Source: an uncultured Pseudomonadales bacterium
Lineage (GTDB): Bacteria > Patescibacteriota > Microgenomatia > UBA1400 > PJMF01
DNA length: 64,000 bases
Assembly: GCA_964537615.1 (NCBI GenBank)
Contig: CAZIBX010000001.1
Span: forward strand, 1,929-65,928
Direction of reading: 5' to 3'
The position numbers and the translations under genes were made by a program. The notes below the pieces were generated by a model. The model was given only the letters and a program-made list of their open reading frames with translations, was not told where the DNA came from and did no database searches. Below, one piece after another: positions 8,135-17,858 of this stretch (its first letter is position 1; every line of letters starts with the position of its first letter).

Positions 8135-11100
8135 ATGTGCAAAAACCGGATTTTGTCTGGATTGATAAGTTTTTGGCTGATATGTTTACTGGTGGTAGGA
8201 CTAGGGTGGTCATTTTCTAGACCTGCTTATGCAACTTATGGCTTGCCCGAGTTTAAAACTGATTTGACCTGGTTACTGGGCAACGGATCAGTGTCTGGCG
8301 CCCTACTGTTTAACGCTTTCCGCACCAATCCCGACCCCAGCTTCACCAAACATGTTTTAAGTGACGAGCAAATTCAAGATTTGTGTGATGGCGACTGCGG
8401 AGCCAAAAACATCGGTGTTAACATGGCTACCTTTTATAAAGGCGGTGACTATGCCAGAGCCAGAACTCACAAGATGAACTGGTCACTGGAGATCATCAGG
8501 GCCAACACTTCACCTCAAACTGTAGCCGATATCATCAATAAGGAAGGCGTAGGTAACGTCATCATCAGAATCGGGGTAAGTGGTTCGGCCGAAGGTTTTG
8601 AGAGTCCAGCCACTTATGCTAATTTTTTGCGGGCGGTGGCCAGTCAAGTCGGCGGTAAGCCGTTTTATGCTATCGCCGGCCCCAACGAACCAGATTTGGA
8701 AAAATGGCTTGCCCAGGGCTGTTCTGCGCCCGAACCCAGTGCCGCTGAAGCAGTGAGACGGGCGTACTACAGTTGTATCGGCAAACCATTGGCTGATTAC
8801 ATGAACGCTATGATTTCTGCCGGCCTACCCACCAATGTCCGCCTGCTGTCGCCGGCTTTTAACTTAACCAGCTTTACTTTTGCCGACAACCCCGGTCAAC
8901 CCAGTGGTATCCCAAGGGCTATGAGATCAGCCGGAGCCAAGTTTGACAAACTTTATGCTCTCTCTGGCAACATCTACCCCAACGGTGACAGCATGCAAAA
9001 CATCTGGAATCGTAATGTAGCCGGTGTGGTAGCCGAGTTAGGCAAGCCGATGATAATTACCGAAACCGGCCCGTGGAACAACTTGTTGACTAACCCGGGA
9101 GGACTGGATCTGTCCAAATACCCTGATTACAACGCCTCTGACGGGCAAGTTTATATCAACCCCATCTTGGGACTGAACGGCCCGGCCCGCAATATCGCCA
9201 CCATCAGAAACGACTTGATTAACCAAGGATATGAGGCACGCTGTGCTACCCCGGGCTTTAAAATCGAACTGACCCAATCCGGCCAGGACTGGATGGACGA
9301 CTTTGTGGATCAGTACACGCCCGGTAAAGTTTTTGGTGGAGGTCAAAATGCTTATATCAAAGGCCGACCGGCTCCCGGCCCTTATGGTGAAGGTGACCCT
9401 GTCCGCTCGACTTTAACCATCGATTATCGAGATGTAGAAGTACCCCTGTTTCGGGATGTGGGGGGCAAAATGTTTCTGACCTCATCACTGGAAGAATTTT
9501 TCGGGTTCAAAGACATCACGGCCCAAGACAACACTATCTCTGAAGTTAACTCGTCGGCGATCAACTCTCTCTTATCCAATCTGCAACGCTGTCAGGTAGC
9601 GGCCACGCTTTTAATCAAACAGGAAGAAATGTGTCAAAAACTGCAAAGTCCCGATGCTTGTGCGCTTTATCCGCGCCAAATTCAGGGTACTGATCTGAAA
9701 GTCCAGGATCTGCTTAATCGGTACAAACAAGAGGCGGGATCGGATTACAAGTCTGACGCGACTGTCAGACGGGTCTGTGAAAAACTGCAAGCAGACAGTC
9801 AAGCCAACCCAGAATTAAAACAAGGCCTGTCACTTATGCCACTACATCTCGACCGAGCCTACCGCCTGGCTTTTCTGGTGACGGCTATTCAGTTGCGCTA
9901 TCCCACCTGGGATACCATGTTTCACTTTTTTACCCACCCCAACGCCGGGCCGGTAGACGGGCCGGAAAAACCCACCACAGCTATTCTGGTTAATGCGTTC
10001 AAAGTGCCGGATATCACCACCAATAAAGGCACCGCCACCAGTGGCCAAACACCCTGGACTGACCCGGCCATTTTGACCCGCAACTCTCTTTTGCCCAAAA
10101 ATACTGCTACCAAACTGGAAGAAAAAGCTCAAGAAAAACGCGATACGCTGAAGCTGGCGGCCAGCTACTATGATCAAGCCGAGCAGTCTGAAAAAGATGC
10201 AATTTTTTGCGTAGCCAAAGAAGCTCCGACCGGTATTGGTGGCCCAGAGTGTAATGACGAGTTGTCCAAGGCTTTGACCGACATCATCAATGGCCAAGCC
10301 AAACTTAATCTTCCTCTACTGGAATGTCCACAGGATCCGGCTGACTACCAGATAGAAACCAGCTTAGGTATCACTGACCCGGGATCACTGGATCCGCGCA
10401 CCGATCCCAGTAAGGTTTACAGCGTGCCATTTGGAGCTCAACTGTTGGAAAATATCTTCCGGACTGTGCCTGTGGGAACCCGATACTCTACAGCTGATTC
10501 AACCCATCAAATAGAACCACTTGGCGAAAGCGACCCGATGTTTGCGGAAACTTGGCGCACTGGCGATCCAGAAGGAGATAATCCTCTACCAGGAGTGAGA
10601 GATTGGGGACTGAAAAGCATGTTTCATGTAGTGACACAGATGCAGGACAGGGGTTTTCCTTACTGCTGTAAAGATCAGCGCATCGTCAAACATTATCTGG
10701 TTTATCCAGAAGGATACGACCTGCAAACCGTCGAGGATACTCTGGCCGGTTCTTTTTTCAGCCAAACTCAACTGACGGCTTTACTGGAATCAGAAAAAAA
10801 TTATGATCGGGTCAAAGTTGAGAACGACTCGATTGGGTTTGAGGGTGGACAGTTGAGTAAAACGTTTGCAGATAGCCAGAATACTTCTCCCAACAATAAT
10901 GTTCAGGGCGATCCGGCTTGCGCCAAAGAAGAACGCCTGCCAAATGGTGATACCAGGACTTATTATGCCCTACCCTGCGATCGGACTTTTGAGTTTAAAA
11001 TTGGTCAAAAAAATGAGGCCTTGTCGGCGGGCATACTGGGAGGTAAGTTGGGCTTCTGGCTAAGAGAAGTCCAAAAAACCCTCAACTCTTCTGCCAGTGT

Positions 11101-11599
11101 GGCCCGAGCTTACCTGGATACCTGCGAAACCACCGAGCAGTTTTTGACTGGTCGCTGTGGCGATCAAACCATCACCGCTCCCAAGCGGGAAGAGGACGAC
11201 TGTACCGGTCTCGGGTGTCCGGGAGCACCCGCTCCCTCTGGCCCGGCTCCAACTGGTGTTTGTGATACCAACCAGCCCAACTTGGTGACTGATTTAAGTG
11301 TTGACCAGAACCGCAACTGGTGGCTGGATGTGCGTTGCCCGCAGTGTCAAAGTACCTGGGGAGATATCAGTTTGGACGTAACTACCAACGTGGGTAACTT
11401 CCACTGGGGGCCCAACAACTTGCCCCAGGGGGGGATGTTACGTTTTCCTTGCACTTCATGCAATCCGTCCAGTGTACAAATTTTGCCTTCTGCCGTATCT
11501 GGCGGGCAGTTTTGTATCACTATGAAGCTGACTTCCAACGCCGCCGGCAATCAGTGTCAGCAAGATAGAGAGCGATTTTTATGTGCGCCGGTACCGTAG
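8135..11599 (+). CDS. Large secreted protein with an N-terminal GH-A clan (GH5-like) glycoside-hydrolase domain and a Cys-rich C-terminal region
   Basis: Signal peptide. The sequence AIAGPNEPDLEKW matches the GH5 acid/base NEP signature. About 130 aa later, MIITETGPWNN matches the GH5 nucleophile Glu signature (x-T-E-x-G). The last ~150 aa contain >14 Cys. A TATAAT lies 11 nt upstream of the ATG. Confidence 0.45.
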   Translation: MCKNRILSGLISFWLICLLVVGLGWSFSRPAYATYGLPEFKTDLTWLLGNGSVSGALLFNAFRTNPDPSFTKHVLSDEQIQDLCDGDCGAKNIGVNMATFYKGGDYARARTHKMNWSLEIIRANTSPQTVADIINKEGVGNVIIRIGVSGSAEGFESPATYANFLRAVASQVGGKPFYAIAGPNEPDLEKWLAQGCSAPEPSAAEAVRRAYYSCIGKPLADYMNAMISAGLPTNVRLLSPAFNLTSFTFADNPGQPSGIPRAMRSAGAKFDKLYALSGNIYPNGDSMQNIWNRNVAGVVAELGKPMIITETGPWNNLLTNPGGLDLSKYPDYNASDGQVYINPILGLNGPARNIATIRNDLINQGYEARCATPGFKIELTQSGQDWMDDFVDQYTPGKVFGGGQNAYIKGRPAPGPYGEGDPVRSTLTIDYRDVEVPLFRDVGGKMFLTSSLEEFFGFKDITAQDNTISEVNSSAINSLLSNLQRCQVAATLLIKQEEMCQKLQSPDACALYPRQIQGTDLKVQDLLNRYKQEAGSDYKSDATVRRVCEKLQADSQANPELKQGLSLMPLHLDRAYRLAFLVTAIQLRYPTWDTMFHFFTHPNAGPVDGPEKPTTAILVNAFKVPDITTNKGTATSGQTPWTDPAILTRNSLLPKNTATKLEEKAQEKRDTLKLAASYYDQAEQSEKDAIFCVAKEAPTGIGGPECNDELSKALTDIINGQAKLNLPLLECPQDPADYQIETSLGITDPGSLDPRTDPSKVYSVPFGAQLLENIFRTVPVGTRYSTADSTHQIEPLGESDPMFAETWRTGDPEGDNPLPGVRDWGLKSMFHVVTQMQDRGFPYCCKDQRIVKHYLVYPEGYDLQTVEDTLAGSFFSQTQLTALLESEKNYDRVKVENDSIGFEGGQLSKTFADSQNTSPNNNVQGDPACAKEERLPNGDTRTYYALPCDRTFEFKIGQKNEALSAGILGGKLGFWLREVQKTLNSSASVARAYLDTCETTEQFLTGRCGDQTITAPKREEDDCTGLGCPGAPAPSGPAPTGVCDTNQPNLVTDLSVDQNRNWWLDVRCPQCQSTWGDISLDVTTNVGNFHWGPNNLPQGGMLRFPCTSCNPSSVQILPSAVSGGQFCITMKLTSNAAGNQCQQDRERFLCAPVP

Positions 11600-11606
11600 G
11601 AAAGTT

Positions 11607-12026
11607 GTTTCGTAAATAATCTAGTTTGTTTGGACATTAAACAGAACTCAACCAACCTATGTTTTATCGATAAGTAATGTTCTTGTTGCGTAAATAACCT
11701 CGTTTGTTTGACTATGACAAGAGTTAACTAAACTCATGATAGTTTATTGCGGTGTAAACACCTACTGTATTGGTTATATATGTCTTTTCAAATTTAGTCT
11801 GCACAAACAAGGTTATTTACTCCACAACCCTATCTCCTGAAGCCAATATGTCTGTCTGAAGGAAAACAAATACAAGTCAACTTTAATCGGAACAAATATT
11901 GTTCTTTGTGCAGGACACAACTTGCAAAATAAGTATTGAGATCATTTAAGAGCTTATTTACACCGCACTAACACCAGAACAATCCAAACAACCCCGTGTG
12001 TCCAAACAAAGAATAATGTTTGTGGA
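11607..12026. repeat. Repeat-dense 450-bp non-coding spacer between convergent genes
   Basis: There are at least 4 copies of a ~25-nt motif (GTAAATAAyCTnGTTTGTTTGGACA). Two are direct (11607–11636, 11685–11714) and two inverted (11798–11828, 11997–12026). A second inverted pair, TGCGGTGTAAA (11748) / TTTACACCGCA (11958), is also present. No ORF support. Confidence 0.6.
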
Positions 12027-12052
12027 GATGGGAAATTGGGGGTATTTAGTTT

Positions 12053-12835
12053 CTACTTACCCTGCCAAACAGTTTTGGGCAATTTTTTGATGACTGACTT
12101 GCTGGGCTTCCAGACACGACTGGCGCCGGCTTGTAACAACTCCGCGACTGTCATAAAAGTATCTGCCCCGACACTACTTGACCTCAATCGATCAGTAACA
12201 CTATCGATACCACTAAGTAAATCAGTGCCGGCAGGCCCGGTCAGGGTCAGGCCACTGGCTTTAATCAGTAGAAAAGCCAGTTCAGACAGAGAAGGTCGCT
12301 GGTCTAGAGTTAAAACTACACTGGCAAACTCCACCGGCTGATCACAGAGAGCGATGCTGGAAGTATTTTTATACTCGTCTTCATAACCGATGTATAACTG
12401 GGCTAGTGAATCCAGGTCTTTCACCCCGACAAAAATCAGTAAGTCCGCCTCAAAGCCGGCATAAGCAAACTCCACGGCTTTGATGTCCAGGGGTTTGGCT
12501 GATGACTTGGGTTTAATCGTCAGGTAAAACCGTTTGTTGGTCTCCCCGATGTGATAACTGATCTTGTCCACCTGTGACTCGACATAGGGAAAACTGATCA
12601 ACAAGTTGCGATTGCCCACTTCTGTTTCCAGATGAGCCAAGCCCTTGGTGATGGGTGAGGTGATTTTTTCTGGACAAACCAACTGGATGGATTTGCCATT
12701 TTCCGTCAAGCTAGTAGCCAGGCCGGCGGCAGTGGCCAGAGCGTCAATTGACGGGCTGGGAGGTAAAATCACTATGACTTGCTGGGACTGATTGATCAGG
12801 GTTGCTGCCGATGTCACAGCAGAAGTGTCAGTCAT
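12053..12835 (-). CDS. Hypothetical cytoplasmic protein, possibly a degenerate DHH/DHHA1 (NrnA-like) fold
   Basis: The N-terminal VIVILPPSPSIDALATAAGLATSL resembles DHH motif I/II (…SPDGDAIGS…) but has lost the Asp residues. A GPAG sits where DHHA1 proteins carry GGGH. This is a weak, sequence-only call. Confidence 0.3.
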   Translation of the reverse strand: MTDTSAVTSAATLINQSQQVIVILPPSPSIDALATAAGLATSLTENGKSIQLVCPEKITSPITKGLAHLETEVGNRNLLISFPYVESQVDKISYHIGETNKRFYLTIKPKSSAKPLDIKAVEFAYAGFEADLLIFVGVKDLDSLAQLYIGYEDEYKNTSSIALCDQPVEFASVVLTLDQRPSLSELAFLLIKASGLTLTGPAGTDLLSGIDSVTDRLRSSSVGADTFMTVAELLQAGASRVWKPSKSVIKKLPKTVWQGK

Positions 12836-12934
12836 AAATACCTCAAAGTACTGCTAAAACTAGTTTAAACATATCAAAAACAAGCAGATCTAGCAAGCGG
12901 GAATATCTGATCAAAACTGTTATAATTAGCACCG

Positions 12935-14761
12935 ATGCGTGCGCGTTTCATGTTCACTAGCGTCGGTGTAGTGGTGACGGCCATAATTTTTGGCTGGCTG
13001 GTGGCCGGTGCAGTTCACGCTCAAGCTCCTACTCCCACTCCAGAACGAGAAATTGCCCCCAATCCTTTTGGCTATCAAATTTTTAAAGATGAAAAAGAAC
13101 AGTATTTAGAGGCAGTCAAAGACTGCTCTACACCATCACTTGAGTGTCTAGTACACAATGTAGCGCGTTTTACAGCCATCGAGTGGGTTTATGAAATCTC
13201 TGGCCCGCAGAGTAGTTGTCAACCAGGTGAGACCGGCCCGGAATGTCTGGAAAGCACCGAAAACTCTATCCCCGCTGATTCCTCCGGTTCTTCCCTACCC
13301 AGTTCCGTCCCTGTAGCCCAAGGCGCCATTGGCGGTATCGGTAAACTGATTTCTGCCATGTACCAACACCCCGTAGCCAACACCGGTACTTATGTGGCTG
13401 ACGTGTTAAACTCGGCTCATATCGCCACTCCGGCTTACGCTCAAGGCCTGGGCTTTGCTGCTCTTGATCCCATCCTGGTGCTGTGGAAAACTTTCCGCAA
13501 TATCGCTTATCTGTTTTTTGTCATAATTTTTGTCATCATCGGTTTTATGATTATGTTTCGCCAGAAGATGGGTAACGCGGCTATCACGGCCCAACAAGCC
13601 ATTCCCAATATCTTAACCGCCCTGATTTTTGTGACTTTTTCCTACGCTATCGCTGGACTTTTGATCGATATGATGTATGTGTTGATGATCCTGATTATCG
13701 GGGTATTTGGTGAAACCTTCCAGGAGGCCGGTCAAAACGTCAACATCCTGACTTTTAATATTCTCAACTTGGTGGGCGTGATGTTCCGTGGAGTGGCAAG
13801 AGTGGGCAATAACGTCGATATTATTTCCAGCTTGCTGGAAGGCCTGGGCGTGTCTGGGTTTCTTAATACCTTGACTAGTTTGTTGGGTGGTTTGACTTTG
13901 ACCCTGGTTTTGGCTATCGCCGTGCTGATCGGGGCCGTCAAGTTGTTTTTTGAACTACTACGCTCATACGCGACTGTGGTGCTATCTGTGGTCACGGCCC
14001 CCATTGTGCTGATGATGGGCGCTATACCTGGCAAAAACGTCTTCATGCCGTGGATTAAAACCATCGCCGGCAACCTTCTGCCCTTCCCCACAGTTTTGTT
14101 GGTGCTAGTCATGTACTACAAGTTTACTGATGGTACTATCCGTGAAGGTGGCGGTTTCATGCCGCCGTTTTTGCTCGGTGGTGGCCAGGGCGGAACGATT
14201 GTGGCTATCATGGGTTTGGCTATCATTTTGGCTCTGCCGGAAATTGTCAAAAAAGTGCGGGACAGCGTGGCACCCAAGGGTGGGATTGGGGAGTTTATAA
14301 CTGATGCTGGCGTGAAAGCTGCCAAAAATGCATGGAGTGGTAAAGTACCAGGTGGATTTAATGCGAAAAATATGTTTACTAGAACTGCCAAGACTCCACT
14401 AGCTGTGGCTGGCGGTTATCTTGGATACAAATATGCTGACAACAAAGCAAATGAACTTGGCCTTGAGGGTAGGGCGCGTAATATCGCACGAGCCGGTGGT
14501 ATACTGGGTGGCGCATCAATTGCTCCAAATATGTTTGGAATAGTAAGAAGAAGAGGTGGTGAGTTTGTGAGCCAGTTGGGTCAAGCCCAAGCTACTAAGT
14601 TCGTTCAAGACATAGAAACGGCCTCTAAACGACGACGCGGGCAAGCGGCCAGCCAGACCAACACAGATATTGCGGCAACTGAAACCACAGTAACTGCGGC
14701 GCCTACAGCGACCACAACGCGTGGTTCAAGTGGTGCCGATCCATCGACTCAAGGGTTATAA
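12935..14761 (+). CDS. VirB6/TrbL-like polytopic membrane protein of the T4SS-like locus
   Basis: Signal peptide plus a ~150-aa periplasmic region. Six or more TM helices span aa ~190–420. A Gly/Lys-rich cytoplasmic tail follows. Size and topology are typical of VirB6/TrbL/ConG, and the T4SS context supports the call. Confidence 0.5.
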   Translation: MRARFMFTSVGVVVTAIIFGWLVAGAVHAQAPTPTPEREIAPNPFGYQIFKDEKEQYLEAVKDCSTPSLECLVHNVARFTAIEWVYEISGPQSSCQPGETGPECLESTENSIPADSSGSSLPSSVPVAQGAIGGIGKLISAMYQHPVANTGTYVADVLNSAHIATPAYAQGLGFAALDPILVLWKTFRNIAYLFFVIIFVIIGFMIMFRQKMGNAAITAQQAIPNILTALIFVTFSYAIAGLLIDMMYVLMILIIGVFGETFQEAGQNVNILTFNILNLVGVMFRGVARVGNNVDIISSLLEGLGVSGFLNTLTSLLGGLTLTLVLAIAVLIGAVKLFFELLRSYATVVLSVVTAPIVLMMGAIPGKNVFMPWIKTIAGNLLPFPTVLLVLVMYYKFTDGTIREGGGFMPPFLLGGGQGGTIVAIMGLAIILALPEIVKKVRDSVAPKGGIGEFITDAGVKAAKNAWSGKVPGGFNAKNMFTRTAKTPLAVAGGYLGYKYADNKANELGLEGRARNIARAGGILGGASIAPNMFGIVRRRGGEFVSQLGQAQATKFVQDIETASKRRRGQAASQTNTDIAATETTVTAAPTATTTRGSSGADPSTQGL

Positions 14762-14777
14762 AAATCTAAACTTCACG

Positions 14778-17750
14778 TCACCTTTGATATTTAAAGACAC
14801 CTTCTACTTGTTGTGCTATAAGTTCGGTCATTTCTTGAGCATTCTCAACTGTTCCAAAGGATGCGTCCAAGGCAACGGTAATTGCTTTTACAGCATCTTC
14901 GCCGATTGCAGTAGTCAAGTAACTTAGTTTTTCTTTAACTTCTTTTAATTTAACTTTATCAACAGCTAACAAGGTTAAACATCTGGAAAAAACATGGACT
15001 ATTGTAATTCTTCTAAAAACATTTTCTGCTCTAAATCTACCGGCAGAAACCTCAAGACCCCAAACGGGAAAAAATGATGCCGCATACTTTACTTCATTCT
15101 GTTCTATTGGCAACTTATTGACATCGAGCACACTGTCACCTGGAGCATGGCTAAACATTTCATACAATCTAGTTATATTTTTGCCGTTGTTGTACCATTT
15201 TTCTATTCCATTGCTAGGTAAGACCAAGTCCCAAGGAATATATTCGTACATTATTCTGCCATCAGTATTAACAAAATCAGCCGCCGTAATAGGTGGTGGA
15301 ATGTAGCCGGGTTGCTCTGGCCATCTCATAACTGGTGTTTCGTTTGCTAATTGGGTTGGGTTGGCACTATAACGTGAAGTATCTGGATCTCTGAATATCA
15401 TATATTGAAGAGGCATGGGAATAACTTGATAATTTCCTTGTGGATTCTGGTGTAGTAACACCAATGGTAGGTTTGCCAAAAACTCAAAATCTGTTAAATC
15501 TTTTTCTCCTAGTGCTGTTAGTATTTTATTTCTTGCAGATGAGGTGTGTGATGCATCAGGCAAGTTGGCTAATCTAAAGCCTATACGTTCCACAATACCA
15601 TCGGGTTCTTTCATCCTTCTCATGTCATATCTTCCAATGTTATCCAATACATAATGTTTTCCATCGGCAGCGGGTGGTAGGTTTGGGTCATACTTTCTAA
15701 ATAAACAGATTGATTCCAAAATTGACGCTGGAGTTGTGCCCCCAATAACACCCTGACTTACATAGTCGAGCCATTGGTTGGCCTTAAACAGGCTATCATT
15801 TGTAAATGGACTTTTTCCAGGAATCATCATTGATTGATGTAATAGCATTGAATGAAAAAGCCAGGCCTGTCGTACTTCTAGAGGAGAAATGTCGTATCCG
15901 TAAAGAAGCATGGCTGTTCTGGAAATTACTGTATGTAAGTTGTTTTTGTAGCTGCTGATGTGTAGTGATTTATAGTAGTTGTCCAACAAAATTATTAGTT
16001 GCTGCTCTTCTTGGTTGGGAGTTCTACCTTCAGCTATAATTTTGTCTTTCAACATTTTGTGTAACTTATTTTTATATAAATCATCTAAAATCCGCATTAC
16101 CTCACCATGGGTAGTGGGAATAAAATCAGGCAAATTAACAAAGCCATCGGGAGATGAAAAATCTCTAATAGAATCTGCTCTAGATGGTAAGTCTCTTACG
16201 TATGCTTTTTCGTTATCGGGTTGAAGGTCGGGGTCTGGATCATGACCATTGCGTGGATGAATAGCTATAGAAAAATCTTGCTCTGTAATAAAGATTTCTG
16301 GAGTTTGTTGTGGAAACTGTCTCGTAGAATCGGTCTTCTGGTCACCAAAACCAAAAATCATGGGTTCTAGTTTCTGTTCTGCAAAAAATACTCTACGCCG
16401 GAAAGACAGTGTGCGCTGAAAAGCTGCATTGTCCAATTTTATTGCATCTCTTTTAAGAGATAGAACTGGATTTTGGCTCGCCTTTTTTTCTATTAAATTC
16501 AATCTGCCAAAACCTCTTTCGCCCGCGATAACAATATCCCATCCACTGGACTGTGTTGCGGCACTATCTTGAAAATAAAAGTTTGAATTTTTTAAGTCCA
16601 GTTCATCGTCTTGCATTCTATGTTCTATGGCTCTTTTTGTTTCCACATAGTCACACAAAAGAACTCTGCTTTCCAAAGAAAAATATTCTGTATCTTGGCC
16701 AAAAGCTCTTATTCTATCAAGCAAACCATAAAGTTTGCTCAGTCTTTCGGCCAATCTATCAGTCATAACTTCAAGCGTTACAGGTCCCAGCTGTTTAATC
16801 CTATCCAGTTCATCGTCTATCTCTTGTCTTAATTGCGTCTCTGTTTCTAGATCGACAGCAGGAGGGCTAGCTTCTGGCTGTGGGGTATAAGGCTGGTCAG
16901 TTGGTTCTTCCAACTCAATTTCTTCATCTACTGAAACTAATGGACTCGATGTTTGTGTGGCTTCGTCCTGTCTTACCTTTTCTATCGCTGCATCTACCAA
17001 CGCGTGAAGATCATCAAAAAAAGTATATAAATCGGGGTTGGATGCACTGTTAACCCTTGCTTCCTGATCATTGATGCGTTGGTGAAATCTCTCGAGGGCG
17101 GAAATAGTTGTTTCGGCAGTTGATTGTCGGTCTTCAAATCTTTTCAGCACCCTAGCTATTCCCTCTAGAATAAGTTTTGAAAAAGAATCCTTATCAAAAG
17201 ATTGTTCTCTAGTAGATCCACTGGCTTCGACTGTTAATGGGTCTTTTTCCTCCAACTTATCAAGCTCGACCATAATAACTTCCACCAACAATAACTGAAG
17301 TAAGCCTAAGCGTTCATTGTCGGCTTCCTGAACTCCTTGGTCCTCTGTCTGTTCAACACCCTCTGTCTCATCTTCGTCCATACCAAATAAATCTTTATGA
17401 GCCATGATCTCTGTCATGGCGCTTTGCGCCTGAAGATTACCTATGAAATCTACAATTTTATCGAATAATCCTCGGAGTTTTTGAGTTCTCTTTTCTTTTA
17501 TAGCAATCTGTAAAGCTGCGTGTGTGTCAAAATACAATTGCCTAATGTCATTATTTTTTGGTTGTTTTAAAAAACTGGATATTTCAGTTAATTGTTCTTG
17601 GTCAACAACTTCTTGTTTTAAAATATCAGCAACAACTTCAGAAATTTCATCCATGTCAACTCTGGTTTTACCAATCTCAACCAGTTGACCTGCCGTTACT
17701 TTTTTACTCAACAAATCTTTGACGGATAATCCTTTACTGCTTTCGGCCAT
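14778..17750 (-). CDS. Large (990 aa) soluble hypothetical protein, AT-richer than neighbours, on the opposite strand inside the T4SS-like locus
   Basis: Long clean ORF with no TM segments and no recognisable catalytic motif. It has acidic/Gln-rich N-terminal low-complexity segments. Its nucleotide composition is visibly AT-richer than the flanking genes. Confidence 0.6.
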   Translation of the reverse strand: MAESSKGLSVKDLLSKKVTAGQLVEIGKTRVDMDEISEVVADILKQEVVDQEQLTEISSFLKQPKNNDIRQLYFDTHAALQIAIKEKRTQKLRGLFDKIVDFIGNLQAQSAMTEIMAHKDLFGMDEDETEGVEQTEDQGVQEADNERLGLLQLLLVEVIMVELDKLEEKDPLTVEASGSTREQSFDKDSFSKLILEGIARVLKRFEDRQSTAETTISALERFHQRINDQEARVNSASNPDLYTFFDDLHALVDAAIEKVRQDEATQTSSPLVSVDEEIELEEPTDQPYTPQPEASPPAVDLETETQLRQEIDDELDRIKQLGPVTLEVMTDRLAERLSKLYGLLDRIRAFGQDTEYFSLESRVLLCDYVETKRAIEHRMQDDELDLKNSNFYFQDSAATQSSGWDIVIAGERGFGRLNLIEKKASQNPVLSLKRDAIKLDNAAFQRTLSFRRRVFFAEQKLEPMIFGFGDQKTDSTRQFPQQTPEIFITEQDFSIAIHPRNGHDPDPDLQPDNEKAYVRDLPSRADSIRDFSSPDGFVNLPDFIPTTHGEVMRILDDLYKNKLHKMLKDKIIAEGRTPNQEEQQLIILLDNYYKSLHISSYKNNLHTVISRTAMLLYGYDISPLEVRQAWLFHSMLLHQSMMIPGKSPFTNDSLFKANQWLDYVSQGVIGGTTPASILESICLFRKYDPNLPPAADGKHYVLDNIGRYDMRRMKEPDGIVERIGFRLANLPDASHTSSARNKILTALGEKDLTDFEFLANLPLVLLHQNPQGNYQVIPMPLQYMIFRDPDTSRYSANPTQLANETPVMRWPEQPGYIPPPITAADFVNTDGRIMYEYIPWDLVLPSNGIEKWYNNGKNITRLYEMFSHAPGDSVLDVNKLPIEQNEVKYAASFFPVWGLEVSAGRFRAENVFRRITIVHVFSRCLTLLAVDKVKLKEVKEKLSYLTTAIGEDAVKAITVALDASFGTVENAQEMTELIAQQVEGVFKYQR

Positions 17751-17858
17751 ACCACTAATTATAAATCAACAACATTTAAATGTCTTATTCAACCTTGGGT
17801 CTTCAACTTACTTAAAAAAATTAGGTCAACTCAATCTTTTCAAGCTATAATCTAACCC

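Noticed and set aside
11607-12026. Possible CRISPR array in the repeat-dense spacer
   Set aside because: The repeats occur in both orientations with irregular spacing and imperfect identity. There are no uniform spacers and no cas genes nearby.
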